Positions 7,173 through 14,320 of a DNA stretch of 35,928 bases are shown in pieces. The DNA comes from a virus. The stretch is from IMG/VR virus record IMGVR_UViG_3300045988_115600, one strand, 5' to 3'. Made by a program: the position numbers and the translations under genes. The notes beneath the pieces are model-generated. The model made no database searches, had not been told where the DNA came from, and saw nothing but the letters and a program-made list of their open reading frames with translations. How positions within the stretch are numbered: the stretch's first letter is position 1; every line of letters begins with the position of its first letter.

Positions 7173-7355
7173 ATGGACGCACAAACAGCGGGCAGAGTTT
7201 TGGCGGCGTTGGTAATATGTAGCGGGCACAATAAAGGCTGTGACGAGTGCCCGGCATACGATGTAGAAGCCACAGGAGAAGCACAGCAGAAACGATGCAA
7301 TGAATTATTGAGCGATAGCAATATTGAAAAAGCATTAGAAACAATGAGAGGATAA
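7173..7355 (+). CDS. Hypothetical small Cys-containing protein.
   Basis: 60-aa ORF starting 1 nt after the endolysin stop and followed by a terminator. No recognisable domain. Confidence 0.4.
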   Translation: MDAQTAGRVLAALVICSGHNKGCDECPAYDVEATGEAQQKRCNELLSDSNIEKALETMRG

Positions 7356-7361
7356 AAGAAA

Positions 7362-7391
7362 GGGTAGCGGTGTGAGCCGTTACCCTTTTTG
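7362..7391. terminator. Bidirectional rho-independent terminator between convergent genes.
   Basis: Stem GGGTAGCGG / CCGTTACCC (one G-U pair) with loop TGTGAG, followed by TTTTT. It lies between the + gene ending at 7355 and the - gene ending at 7393. Confidence 0.7.
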
Positions 7392-7392
7392 C

Positions 7393-8376
7393 CTACTGAT
7401 TTAAAACCAGATCATAAAATACGTTTTCAGATAAAATCTGTATGTCCTTGCCTTTTAAAATAAGTGATTCAGCCTTTTTCTGTTTATTGCTTTTACCGTC
7501 TTTTATGAGACTGCAAAAATCATTATTGCCGAGAATTAAATAATTTGTTTTGGCTGTGACGTTATCCCCGCACTGCCCGCCGAGGTTTACCACAAGTTGC
7601 ATGGCATCTTTACGCTGCATCTTTTCTAATGTGCCAGTGAATACACAGAGCTTGCCGTAAAGCGGGTGGCTGATATCAAAATTATCTGTAGTTGCCGTAA
7701 TATCTTTTGCGTGTAGTTGGTGGCTGGAATAAGAAGCCTTAAAGCCGTCAAAGTCCCCATATTGTGAAACCGCATCAGAAAGCAAGGATTGATAGCAGGC
7801 GTTGCAGGCTTCACAATCAGCATAGGAGCGGTGCGCCGGGGAAGAAACTTTATAATGGGCGGCAACCGTTTCTAGTTTGTGGTTTTTCAGTTCCGGCAGC
7901 AGTTTCCTTGCAAAACGCATTACATCAACAAAGGAATTGGTAAAATCAATGCTGTGCGTATCCTGCAATACGTCATAAATAAAATTGATATCGAAATTTA
8001 CGTTATAGCCTACAAGGATATCAGAACCGACAAAATCATAGAAAGATTTAATTGCATCGGAAATGGCGGGAGCATCAGCAACCAGATCGTTTGTTATCCC
8101 GGTCAGTTCGGTTATAAAGCTGTCAATAGGTTCGGTGGGTTTAACAAGAGTAGTAAAAGAATCAACTAAAGAACCGTTTGAGTAGCGCAGTGCGGATAGT
8201 TCGATGATTTCACAATAACGGGAGTCCAGCCCGGTTGTTTCAATGTCAATTACCGTATAAGTATCTGGTGCGGCAATGAGGCTGCGCCCTTTATTTGGGC
8301 GGCTGGGTTTTTCTGATTTATCAGACGTAGTAACAAAAGGTTTCCCGTTTTCATCAATACCGATAGAAATGAACAT
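7393..8376 (-). CDS. DEDDh 3'-5' exonuclease (DnaQ/epsilon-like) fused to a C-terminal BRCT domain.
   Basis: ORF 7393..8457. The likely start is ATG at 8376 (MFISIGIDENG) with an AGAGGG RBS. Exo motifs DIETTG, GYNVNFDINF and HRSYADCEA are present. The BRCT-like C-terminus reads GKLCVFTGTL...AKTNYLILGN. It is the only reverse-strand gene. Confidence 0.8.
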   Translation of the reverse strand: MFISIGIDENGKPFVTTSDKSEKPSRPNKGRSLIAAPDTYTVIDIETTGLDSRYCEIIELSALRYSNGSLVDSFTTLVKPTEPIDSFITELTGITNDLVADAPAISDAIKSFYDFVGSDILVGYNVNFDINFIYDVLQDTHSIDFTNSFVDVMRFARKLLPELKNHKLETVAAHYKVSSPAHRSYADCEACNACYQSLLSDAVSQYGDFDGFKASYSSHQLHAKDITATTDNFDISHPLYGKLCVFTGTLEKMQRKDAMQLVVNLGGQCGDNVTAKTNYLILGNNDFCSLIKDGKSNKQKKAESLILKGKDIQILSENVFYDLVLNQ

Positions 8377-8501
8377 AGTAAATACCCTCTTTCGTTTGAA
8401 AATTATAGTCATGCTGACCTTTAACACAATTATGCTTTTGAAATGTGGTAAAGTCAAGAAAAATTCTGATTATTAACACAAATACGATAGGGGCGTACTG
8501 A

Positions 8502-8753
8502 ATGAAAATATACGCATACAAAGGGAAAGATAATTTATGTGGAGAACGCATAAGATTGGCAAGAGCGAAAAACAGAATTACACAAAGTGATTTAGCAGCA
8601 CGTATGCAGGTAGCTGGGGTTACAATAGAAAGAGATTCAATAAGCCGGATAGAACGGGGCACAAGAATTGTAACAGATTACGAATTGAAAATATTTTCTA
8701 AAGCGTTGGGCGTGAGCATGGAATGGCTGACAGACGAAAGCGGGACACTGTAA
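8502..8753 (+). CDS. XRE-family helix-turn-helix transcriptional regulator (Cro/CI-type).
   Basis: 83 aa. GERIRLARAKNRITQSDLAARMQVAGVTIERDSISRIERG is a canonical XRE HTH. It is divergent from the exonuclease gene. Confidence 0.8.
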   Translation: MKIYAYKGKDNLCGERIRLARAKNRITQSDLAARMQVAGVTIERDSISRIERGTRIVTDYELKIFSKALGVSMEWLTDESGTL

Positions 8754-8788
8754 CAATAGTTATGGTGTTTTTCTTTATAAAAAAATAC

Positions 8789-8830
8789 ACCCAATGAGTA
8801 AAAAATAATTGACAAATGTACTCAATGGGT
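8789..8830. promoter_or_regulatory. Operator-like inverted repeat ACCCAATGAGTA-N18-TACTCAATGGGT overlapping the -35 box and spacer of the promoter.
   Basis: 12-nt arms at 8789..8800 and 8819..8830, complementary at 11 of 12 positions. It brackets TTGACA. Confidence 0.5.
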
Positions 8831-8837
8831 ATATAAT
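8809..8837 (+). promoter_or_regulatory. Consensus sigma-A/sigma-70 promoter: TTGACA, 17-nt spacer, TATAAT.
   Basis: TTGACA at 8809..8814 and TATAAT at 8832..8837 with exactly 17-nt spacing, about 40 nt upstream of an RBS plus ATG at 8877. Confidence 0.7.
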
Positions 8838-8876
8838 ATAATTGTAGCAAGGGAACAGCGGGAAAGGAGTTAAAAA

Positions 8877-9008
8877 ATGGAGAACGAAGAAATGAGCAAA
8901 GCCGATTTAATAGCAATGTTGGTATCAATTAGAGAAGTAGCAAGAACAAACGGGGAAACACATACAGTAGAACATATAGAAAAAATTCTTGAAGAAGTAA
9001 GAAAATAA
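8877..9008 (+). CDS. Hypothetical 43-aa protein.
   Basis: It is not in the ORF track. GGAAAGGAG RBS at 8861..8869, ATG at 8877 and stop at 9006..9008. Translation MENEEMSKADLIAMLVSIREVARTNGETHTVEHIEKILEEVRK. Confidence 0.4.
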   Translation: MENEEMSKADLIAMLVSIREVARTNGETHTVEHIEKILEEVRK

Positions 9009-9127
9009 AATAGAATAAAATAAAGGGAACACACGAGGGGCGGATACCTAAACAATCCTGCTAACCGCCCCAAGTGCTTAATTAGATTATAGCAGGAAAA
9101 AAATAAAAGGCAAGAGGTGTAAATGAA

Positions 9128-9409
9128 ATGAAAGCAGTAAAGGGATACACAAAAAATGATTATATTGCAATCTGCCAAGAGGAAGATGGTGGAGAAAGTT
9201 TTAATTTCAAATCAATGAACGAAGCTGTTAAATATTTTGTGAAATTTATGCCGGGTTCTTTAAAAAAAGAAGCTATTGCAAGAATTAAGAATGATAAAAA
9301 TTGTGATTGGGTTTTCTTTGAAGATGGAAGCGTTATTTTTAGATACTACGGAAAAGGATATAATGAAACAATTATAAATGAAATGAGAGAAAATGGATAT
9401 GGAGCGTAA
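9128..9409 (+). CDS. Hypothetical protein.
   Basis: 93-aa ORF with an AGAGGTG RBS. No recognisable domain. Confidence 0.5.
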   Translation: MKAVKGYTKNDYIAICQEEDGGESFNFKSMNEAVKYFVKFMPGSLKKEAIARIKNDKNCDWVFFEDGSVIFRYYGKGYNETIINEMRENGYGA

Positions 9410-9587
9410 GGAAACAGACAAAATGACGGTTGAAGAGGCACGCAAACAGCAGGGCATGAGCAGGCGCGAGGTATCGGAATGGTTAGAGATACCATATAGA
9501 ACGCTGACAAACTGGGAGAATGGGGTACGGAGTTGCCCGCATTATATTGAAAAGCTGATAGTAGAAAAAATATTGCAGGGCAAATAA
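9393..9587 (+). CDS. Small HTH DNA-binding protein (XRE-like).
   Basis: 64 aa, with an alternative start at 9423 (MTVEEARK). ARKQQGMSRREVSEWLEIPYRTLTNWENGVRSCP is a typical short phage HTH regulator pattern. Confidence 0.6.
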   Translation: MDMERKETDKMTVEEARKQQGMSRREVSEWLEIPYRTLTNWENGVRSCPHYIEKLIVEKILQGK

Positions 9588-9604
9588 CGAAAAGCACACA
9601 GAGA

Positions 9605-9636
9605 GCCGCAGGACAACAACGCCTGCGGCTTGTTTT
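9605..9636 (+). terminator. Rho-independent terminator.
   Basis: Stem GCCGCAGG (9605..9612) / CCTGCGGC (9622..9629) with a 9-nt loop, followed by TTGTTTT. Confidence 0.7.
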
Positions 9637-9654
9637 ACGAAAGAGGGCGGGAAC

Positions 9655-10707
9655 ATGGCAAATCAAAAGGGTAGCAGACAATTAAAGCACAATGATAGAA
9701 TCAGATTAGAAGCCTTGTACAATGCAGGGCATAAGGTTGTGGAGATCGCAGAAATTTTGCATGTACACCGCAGTACAATTTATAACGAGCTGAAGCGTGG
9801 ACAATATGAACATTTGAACAGTGATTATACAAGAGAAATGAGATACAGCGCAGACCTTGCACAACGGAAGTATGAGGAAAATTTAAAAGTGCGAGGAACG
9901 CAATTAAAGATAGGAAATGATATTAAGCTGGCAAATTACATAGAGGACAAAATAATAAATGAAGATTACAGCCCGGACGCAATCATAGGGGAACTGACAG
10001 CAGAGGGACGCTGGGGAGAATTTCAAACCAGAATATGCACCACTACGGTATACAACTATATTGATAAGGGAATCTTTTTAAAAGTAACAAATAAGGACTT
10101 GCCAGTAAAGAAGAACAAAAAACGCAAGTATAATAAGGTAAAGAAACAGAAAAGGGCAGAAGCAGGGGAAAGCATAGAGAATAGACCAGAAGCAATAAAC
10201 AACCGGGAAGAGTTCGGACATTGGGAAATGGACAGCGTAATAGGACAGCGTGGAAAATCGAAAAATACATTGCTGACACTCACAGAGCGAAAGACACGAG
10301 CAGAAATTATTTTTAAATTGCCGGATCACAGCGCAGAGGCGGTAGTGGCAGCAGTTGACAGATTAGAGAATCGCTGGGGAGAAATGTTTAAGACGGTATT
10401 TAAGAGCATCACAGTAGACAACGGCACAGAGTTTGCATATTGTGCAGAGTTGGAGCGTTCAGCGATAGGCGAGGGGAAAAGAACCAAAATGTATTATTGC
10501 CACCCGTACAGTAGTTGGGAGCGTGGTACAAACGAGGTAACAAATAAAATGGTACGCCGCCGAGTTCCAAAGGGCACAAATTTTGACGGACGGACAGAGG
10601 AAGAAATACAGGCAGTAGAAGAGTGGATAAATAAGTATCCTAGGCGCATACATGGGTATAAATCAGCAGGGCAGTTATTTGATGAAGAACTTAAAAGAAT
10701 CAGCTAA
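9655..10707 (+). CDS. IS30-family DDE transposase/integrase.
   Basis: 350 aa. N-terminal HTH (RIRLEALYNAGHKVVEIAEILHVHRSTIYNELKRG). DDE triad context HWEMDSV ... TVDNGTEF ... SWERGTNE. The element ends were not found by eye. Confidence 0.85.
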   Translation: MANQKGSRQLKHNDRIRLEALYNAGHKVVEIAEILHVHRSTIYNELKRGQYEHLNSDYTREMRYSADLAQRKYEENLKVRGTQLKIGNDIKLANYIEDKIINEDYSPDAIIGELTAEGRWGEFQTRICTTTVYNYIDKGIFLKVTNKDLPVKKNKKRKYNKVKKQKRAEAGESIENRPEAINNREEFGHWEMDSVIGQRGKSKNTLLTLTERKTRAEIIFKLPDHSAEAVVAAVDRLENRWGEMFKTVFKSITVDNGTEFAYCAELERSAIGEGKRTKMYYCHPYSSWERGTNEVTNKMVRRRVPKGTNFDGRTEEEIQAVEEWINKYPRRIHGYKSAGQLFDEELKRIS

Positions 10708-10950
10708 TCTAATAAAAGGGCATAACGGCTGGCTGGAAACGGTACAGCCTTATTGGATTGCTTATAAAAAGAACCGTAGAAACAGAATATACAATAAAAG
10801 CACATATGTTTTGTACAAAATGCCGATATTGAAATTTTGTCGAAAAAAAGGTTGAAATTTTTAAAGATAAGTTTTAGAATGAAATTCGACAAAGGGAATT
10901 AAAAAAATTCTCTTGCCGAATTTCTTTTTATATATGGCAAGAAAAGAAAA

Positions 10951-10990
10951 GCGTGCAAGAGTGTAAAAAGCTCTTGCACGCTTATTTTAT
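10951..10990 (+). terminator. Strong rho-independent terminator.
   Basis: Perfect 11-bp stem GCGTGCAAGAG (10951..10961) / CTCTTGCACGC (10971..10981), followed by TTATTTTATTT. Confidence 0.75.
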
Positions 10991-11013
10991 TTCAAGAGAA
11001 AGGAGCGGGAACG

Positions 11014-11205
11014 GTGGCAAGAAAATACAAAAGATTGCGCTATGAAGATAGGCAAGTAATAGAGGAAATGAGCCGGGCGGGCAGCAGGGTGGTGGATATT
11101 GCAACTACTTTAGGAGTACACCGGGATACGATTTATAAGGAGTACGCCCGCTGCGGAGCAACGCCGGATACATACAGCGCAGAAAAAGCACAGGAAACTT
11201 TATAA
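11014..11205 (+). CDS. Stand-alone IS30-type HTH protein, a paralog of the transposase N-terminus.
   Basis: 63 aa with a GTG start and an AAAGGAG RBS. RLRYEDRQVIEEMSRAGSRVVDIATTLGVHRDTIYKEY aligns with transposase residues about 9-47 (roughly 45% identity by eye). The RBS/start context GCGGGAAC-NTG-GCAA is shared with 9645..9660. Confidence 0.6.
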   Translation: MARKYKRLRYEDRQVIEEMSRAGSRVVDIATTLGVHRDTIYKEYARCGATPDTYSAEKAQETL

Positions 11206-11234
11206 ATCAAAATAACAAAAGAGAGGCAAAGAAC

Positions 11235-11624
11235 ATGAAGAAAGTAGATTTTAACAAATTACAGGCAGGGGACTTAGTGAAAGTACCACGCACACAGTTT
11301 GCACCTATGCGTAGTGGTTGGAACGGCTGGCTATTCAGCGAGGCAGTAGTGATAAGAAAGGGAGTAGGGAGAAAAAGCAAAAAGAATGTAGCTGTAGTGG
11401 AAATGAGAATACCAGCAGGGAAGAACAACTACGGAACTATAGAGGCTACATTTTACGCAGAGAATATTTTTGAAACGCCAGCAGTGGAAAACGCAAGAAA
11501 CATTTTGAAGAATTACGAAATAAAGGACACAGAGAGTTTTTACAAATTCATTGAGCGGGACGATGTAACGGGCTGTGATTGGATAAGGTTTTTAATAGAA
11601 AAAGGCTTTTTGTTTAATGAATAA
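11235..11624 (+). CDS. Hypothetical protein.
   Basis: 129-aa ORF with an AGAGAGG RBS. No recognisable domain. Confidence 0.5.
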   Translation: MKKVDFNKLQAGDLVKVPRTQFAPMRSGWNGWLFSEAVVIRKGVGRKSKKNVAVVEMRIPAGKNNYGTIEATFYAENIFETPAVENARNILKNYEIKDTESFYKFIERDDVTGCDWIRFLIEKGFLFNE

Positions 11625-11643
11625 GCGGCAATAAGCCGCACGA

Positions 11644-11717
11644 GTGCCGTTAGTTCAGTTGGTTAGAGCAACCGCCTCATAAGCGGTAAGTCATGGGTTC
11701 AAGTCCCATACGGCGCA
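11644..11717 (+). tRNA. tRNA with anticodon CAU (elongator Met, or Ile2 if lysidine-modified).
   Basis: Manually folded cloverleaf:
- Acceptor stem GTGCCGT/ACGGCGC (one G-U pair).
- D arm GTTC-AGTTGGTTA-GAGC.
- Anticodon stem ACCGC/GCGGT with loop CTCATAA (CAT at 11678..11680).
- 5-nt variable loop.
- T arm ATGGG-TTCAAGT-CCCAT.
- Discriminator A. No encoded CCA. Confidence 0.85.
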
Positions 11718-11942
11718 TTGAAAGCAGGAACGTGGCAACCTGCGACAGCGTGGCAGCAGGCGAACAACTACACGCTGGGTGCTGTGAATTTGGAGCAGTG
11801 GGCACGCCAGCTAGAGAGCGTGTGGACGGTCAACAGGTTTTAGGCAACTTTTTAATGTGAAAAGGGGCAACACAGCATACGAAGCCACTACAGGAGCGTG
11901 GGCAATATGAGAATAAGAGCACCGCCGGGAAGAGAGGAAAGT

Positions 11943-12278
11943 ATGGAACGCACAAAAGATTTTTATAACGGCATGAATTATGCAAAAAAACAATTACAGC
12001 AACGGGAACATGAAAGACGCAGAAGAAAAAGATATTTCATTAAGCAGAAATTATGCGGGATTGCGACATTTGCGGTGTTGGTAATTGCAACACTGTTTGC
12101 ACCTCTTTTGGATTTGGATATTATCACGATTTCAGCATTTTTCATGCCGATAGCATTATCACTTACCTTTAGCAAGGAAATGTGGATAATGGACACTTAT
12201 TATTGGGAAGTAAAAGAAAGAGAGGAAAAACGTGAGCAGCATGTACATAAGAAGCCAAGACAGAGAAAAGCTGTATAG
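11943..12278 (+). CDS. Hypothetical membrane protein (2 TM helices).
   Basis: ORF 11898..12278. ATG 11943 follows GAGAGGAAAG. Basic N-terminus, helices LCGIATFAVLVIATLFAPLL and ITISAFFMPIALSLTF. Confidence 0.5.
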   Translation: MERTKDFYNGMNYAKKQLQQREHERRRRKRYFIKQKLCGIATFAVLVIATLFAPLLDLDIITISAFFMPIALSLTFSKEMWIMDTYYWEVKEREEKREQHVHKKPRQRKAV

Positions 12279-12564
12279 GTTGGGTGGAAATTACGCATGT
12301 GTGGAGTATGGAAGTGCAACAGAAAGAGCCAAAAAGGGGCAAGAACCAAAAGAAACACACAGTATTTTTATTTCTGACGGAGTGTTAGAAGAAATAGGAA
12401 CATACGAAACAAAAGAGCGGTGTTTAGAGATTATAGACGAAATACAGAAAGTAAGCGTTTCTTATTTATATTCAGAGGGTAGCCCCGGATTTTTAAAGGG
12501 TGCGCCAGCATTTCCACCATTTGCAGCGGAAATACCAAGAATATACGAAATGCCAGAGAAATAG
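12241..12564 (+). CDS. Hypothetical protein.
   Basis: ORF 12232..12564. ATG 12241 is the likely start. No recognisable domain. Confidence 0.45.
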   Translation: MYIRSQDREKLYRLGGNYACVEYGSATERAKKGQEPKETHSIFISDGVLEEIGTYETKERCLEIIDEIQKVSVSYLYSEGSPGFLKGAPAFPPFAAEIPRIYEMPEK

Positions 12565-12575
12565 GAGAAAAAGCA

Positions 12576-12770
12576 ATGAAAATTAAAATTGTACAGCATG
12601 TACCAACAAAGCCAAGCCCGGAAGTAGGCAAGGTATACGAGGTAACAAAAATAAACAAGAGAAGCAACAGGCAAGGCGGCACAGTATATTTTGTAATGTG
12701 TGAGGGCGTAGAGGTGGGCGTGCTTGAAAGAGAAATGAGGATTGTAGAGGATGGGGCTGTAGAAGAATGA
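12576..12770 (+). CDS. Hypothetical small protein.
   Basis: 64-aa ORF with RBS AGGAGAAAAAGCA-ATG. Its stop overlaps the next start (ATGA). Confidence 0.45.
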   Translation: MKIKIVQHVPTKPSPEVGKVYEVTKINKRSNRQGGTVYFVMCEGVEVGVLEREMRIVEDGAVEE

Positions 12771-13078
12771 CATTAGAGCAATTCATAGAGCCAATACACA
12801 ACATAACAAGAATACGCATTGTTAAAGGAAAGGGCAGCAGGTACGAAACCAGTGAGGCAGACGTATACATAGGCTGGCTGGGAATATTGCGGGAAGATAA
12901 AAGTCAGATCAGTAAAGAAATATGGCAGGCAGAGATAAAGGATTTTGCAGTAGTGCCGGATATTCGGCATAAGGACTGGCAAAAGCTGGGGTTAATGAAA
13001 CCATTAGAGCCGGGAGAACACCCGCAGTATAAATTTAGTGATTTGACAATGACACTGTATTACACATTTTGCATATAA
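12767..13078 (+). CDS. Hypothetical protein.
   Basis: 103-aa ORF, translationally coupled to the preceding ORF. No recognisable domain. Confidence 0.45.
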   Translation: MTLEQFIEPIHNITRIRIVKGKGSRYETSEADVYIGWLGILREDKSQISKEIWQAEIKDFAVVPDIRHKDWQKLGLMKPLEPGEHPQYKFSDLTMTLYYTFCI

Positions 13079-13096
13079 GAAACGAGGTAAAAAAGT

Positions 13097-14269
13097 ATGA
13101 GTGAAGCAATGGCAGCAGTAGAAAGAGCTGTACGGTTTGGAATTAAGATTAACAAAAACGAAGAGGACAGCAACAAGCGGGTAACGTACCTGTATGATGC
13201 CGTAGGTATGATACCTGCGGTAATGGATTTTGTAGAGGGTGCATTTAATTATGGTAGCTGGGGCAATGTGGAATTTGTAAAGAACAACTACCCTTGCATG
13301 GTTAAATTTGACGGCACAGAGGATTACAGATTAAACCCGGACAATTACGAACTGAAAGAGGACGGGACAAAGAGCAATATTACAGATATTTATTATGCGG
13401 GTAATGCAATGGCTGCATTTAAGGGCGGCTGGCTGTGCCAGTACGAAACAGCTACAGACGAATATATCATTTGGAGCAATGTAAAATTTGATGATTCATA
13501 CAACGCATACCACAGAACAGGAAAAGACGGCACATTAAATGCCGGATTCTACAGACACATTTATACGCCGTCACTGGTTGGCAATGCAGCCCGTAGCCTT
13601 AGTGGTTGTCAGACTATCGGAAATATGACAGCGGAGCAGGAAAACGAGGCTTGCAAGGCAAACGGCGATAAGTGGGCTATGAGTTCATGGTGGGAATGGA
13701 ATTACATTATTTGCCTGTTAAAGATTATGGCAAAAACAGACGATTTGCAGACAGCCTACGGAACAGGAAACAGCAGAACCGGGCAGCCAGCGAATACAGG
13801 TACATTAAACGGCAAAGGGCAGTTTTATGGTGCATCTGATTTTAGAATACAAGTTAAGGTATTCCATACAGAGGCATTATGGGGCGATAAATGGGAGCGT
13901 TTAACAAAGCTGATCTGTGCAGACGGAATTGTAAAAGTATTGCCGTATGGAGAGCCGAACTTTACGGGACAGGGATATACAGACGCATACCGCTATATGT
14001 GGAATGATTGGCGTTATGGCTATGTAGATAAAACCGTAATGACACCATACGGACGCTTGCCAATCTCATTTAATGGGACAAGCCATAAATATGCAGCAGA
14101 CGGCGGGGCAGTAGATACAGAAATTGTGGCTGTGCCTCTTGTGGGCGGCAGCTGCAACAACGGGCTGAATTGCGGGGCTTACGTGACCTTGTACAACTCC
14201 GCTGGCTATGCGTACTGGGGCGTTGCGCCCGGTCTTTCTTGTGAAATGCCTGCGGCTGCGGAGCAGTAA
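13097..14269 (+). CDS. DGR target protein 2, a paralog of target 1 that lacks its first ~35 aa. Its C-terminus is the second variable repeat.
   Basis: 390 aa with a GAGGT RBS. It shares long blocks with the 1437..2714 product (VTYLYDAVGM, NYGSWGNVEFVKNNYPCMVKFDGTEDY, GNAMAAFKGGWLCQYETATDEYIIWSNVK). The C-terminus VAVPLVGGSCNNGLNCGAYVTLYNSAGYAYWGVAPG is encoded by VR2. Confidence 0.85.
   Translation: MSEAMAAVERAVRFGIKINKNEEDSNKRVTYLYDAVGMIPAVMDFVEGAFNYGSWGNVEFVKNNYPCMVKFDGTEDYRLNPDNYELKEDGTKSNITDIYYAGNAMAAFKGGWLCQYETATDEYIIWSNVKFDDSYNAYHRTGKDGTLNAGFYRHIYTPSLVGNAARSLSGCQTIGNMTAEQENEACKANGDKWAMSSWWEWNYIICLLKIMAKTDDLQTAYGTGNSRTGQPANTGTLNGKGQFYGASDFRIQVKVFHTEALWGDKWERLTKLICADGIVKVLPYGEPNFTGQGYTDAYRYMWNDWRYGYVDKTVMTPYGRLPISFNGTSHKYAADGGAVDTEIVAVPLVGGSCNNGLNCGAYVTLYNSAGYAYWGVAPGLSCEMPAAAEQ
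14126..14240 (+). repeat. DGR variable repeat VR2, 11.3 kb downstream of the TR.
   Basis: Gap-free 115-nt manual alignment to TR 2810..2924 shows 10 mismatches, all at TR adenines (A->T x5, A->G x4, A->C x1). The pattern differs from VR1. Confidence 0.9.
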
Positions 14270-14277
14270 AGGGGGAA

Positions 14278-14295
14278 CGGGGGATTTTTCCCCCG
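14278..14295 (+). promoter_or_regulatory. GC-rich hairpin 37 nt downstream of VR2: stem CGGGGGA/TCCCCCG with loop TTTT.
   Basis: Same stem as 2730..2747 with a one-base difference in the loop. It is embedded in a shared flank, cagtaaagggggaacgggggattt. Confidence 0.7.
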
Positions 14296-14320
14296 CACCC
14301 GGAAAGGAGAACATACAAAA

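Noticed and set aside
9041-9076. Stem GGGGCGG / CCGCCCC with a 22-nt loop after the 43-aa ORF.
   Set aside because: The loop is large and there is no U-tract. The evidence is too weak to call it a terminator or an ncRNA.
10652-10855. 67-aa ORF overlapping the transposase 3' end and running into the AT-rich spacer.
   Set aside because: It has no RBS, lies in a low-complexity AT-rich region and overlaps a confident gene. It is more likely non-coding.
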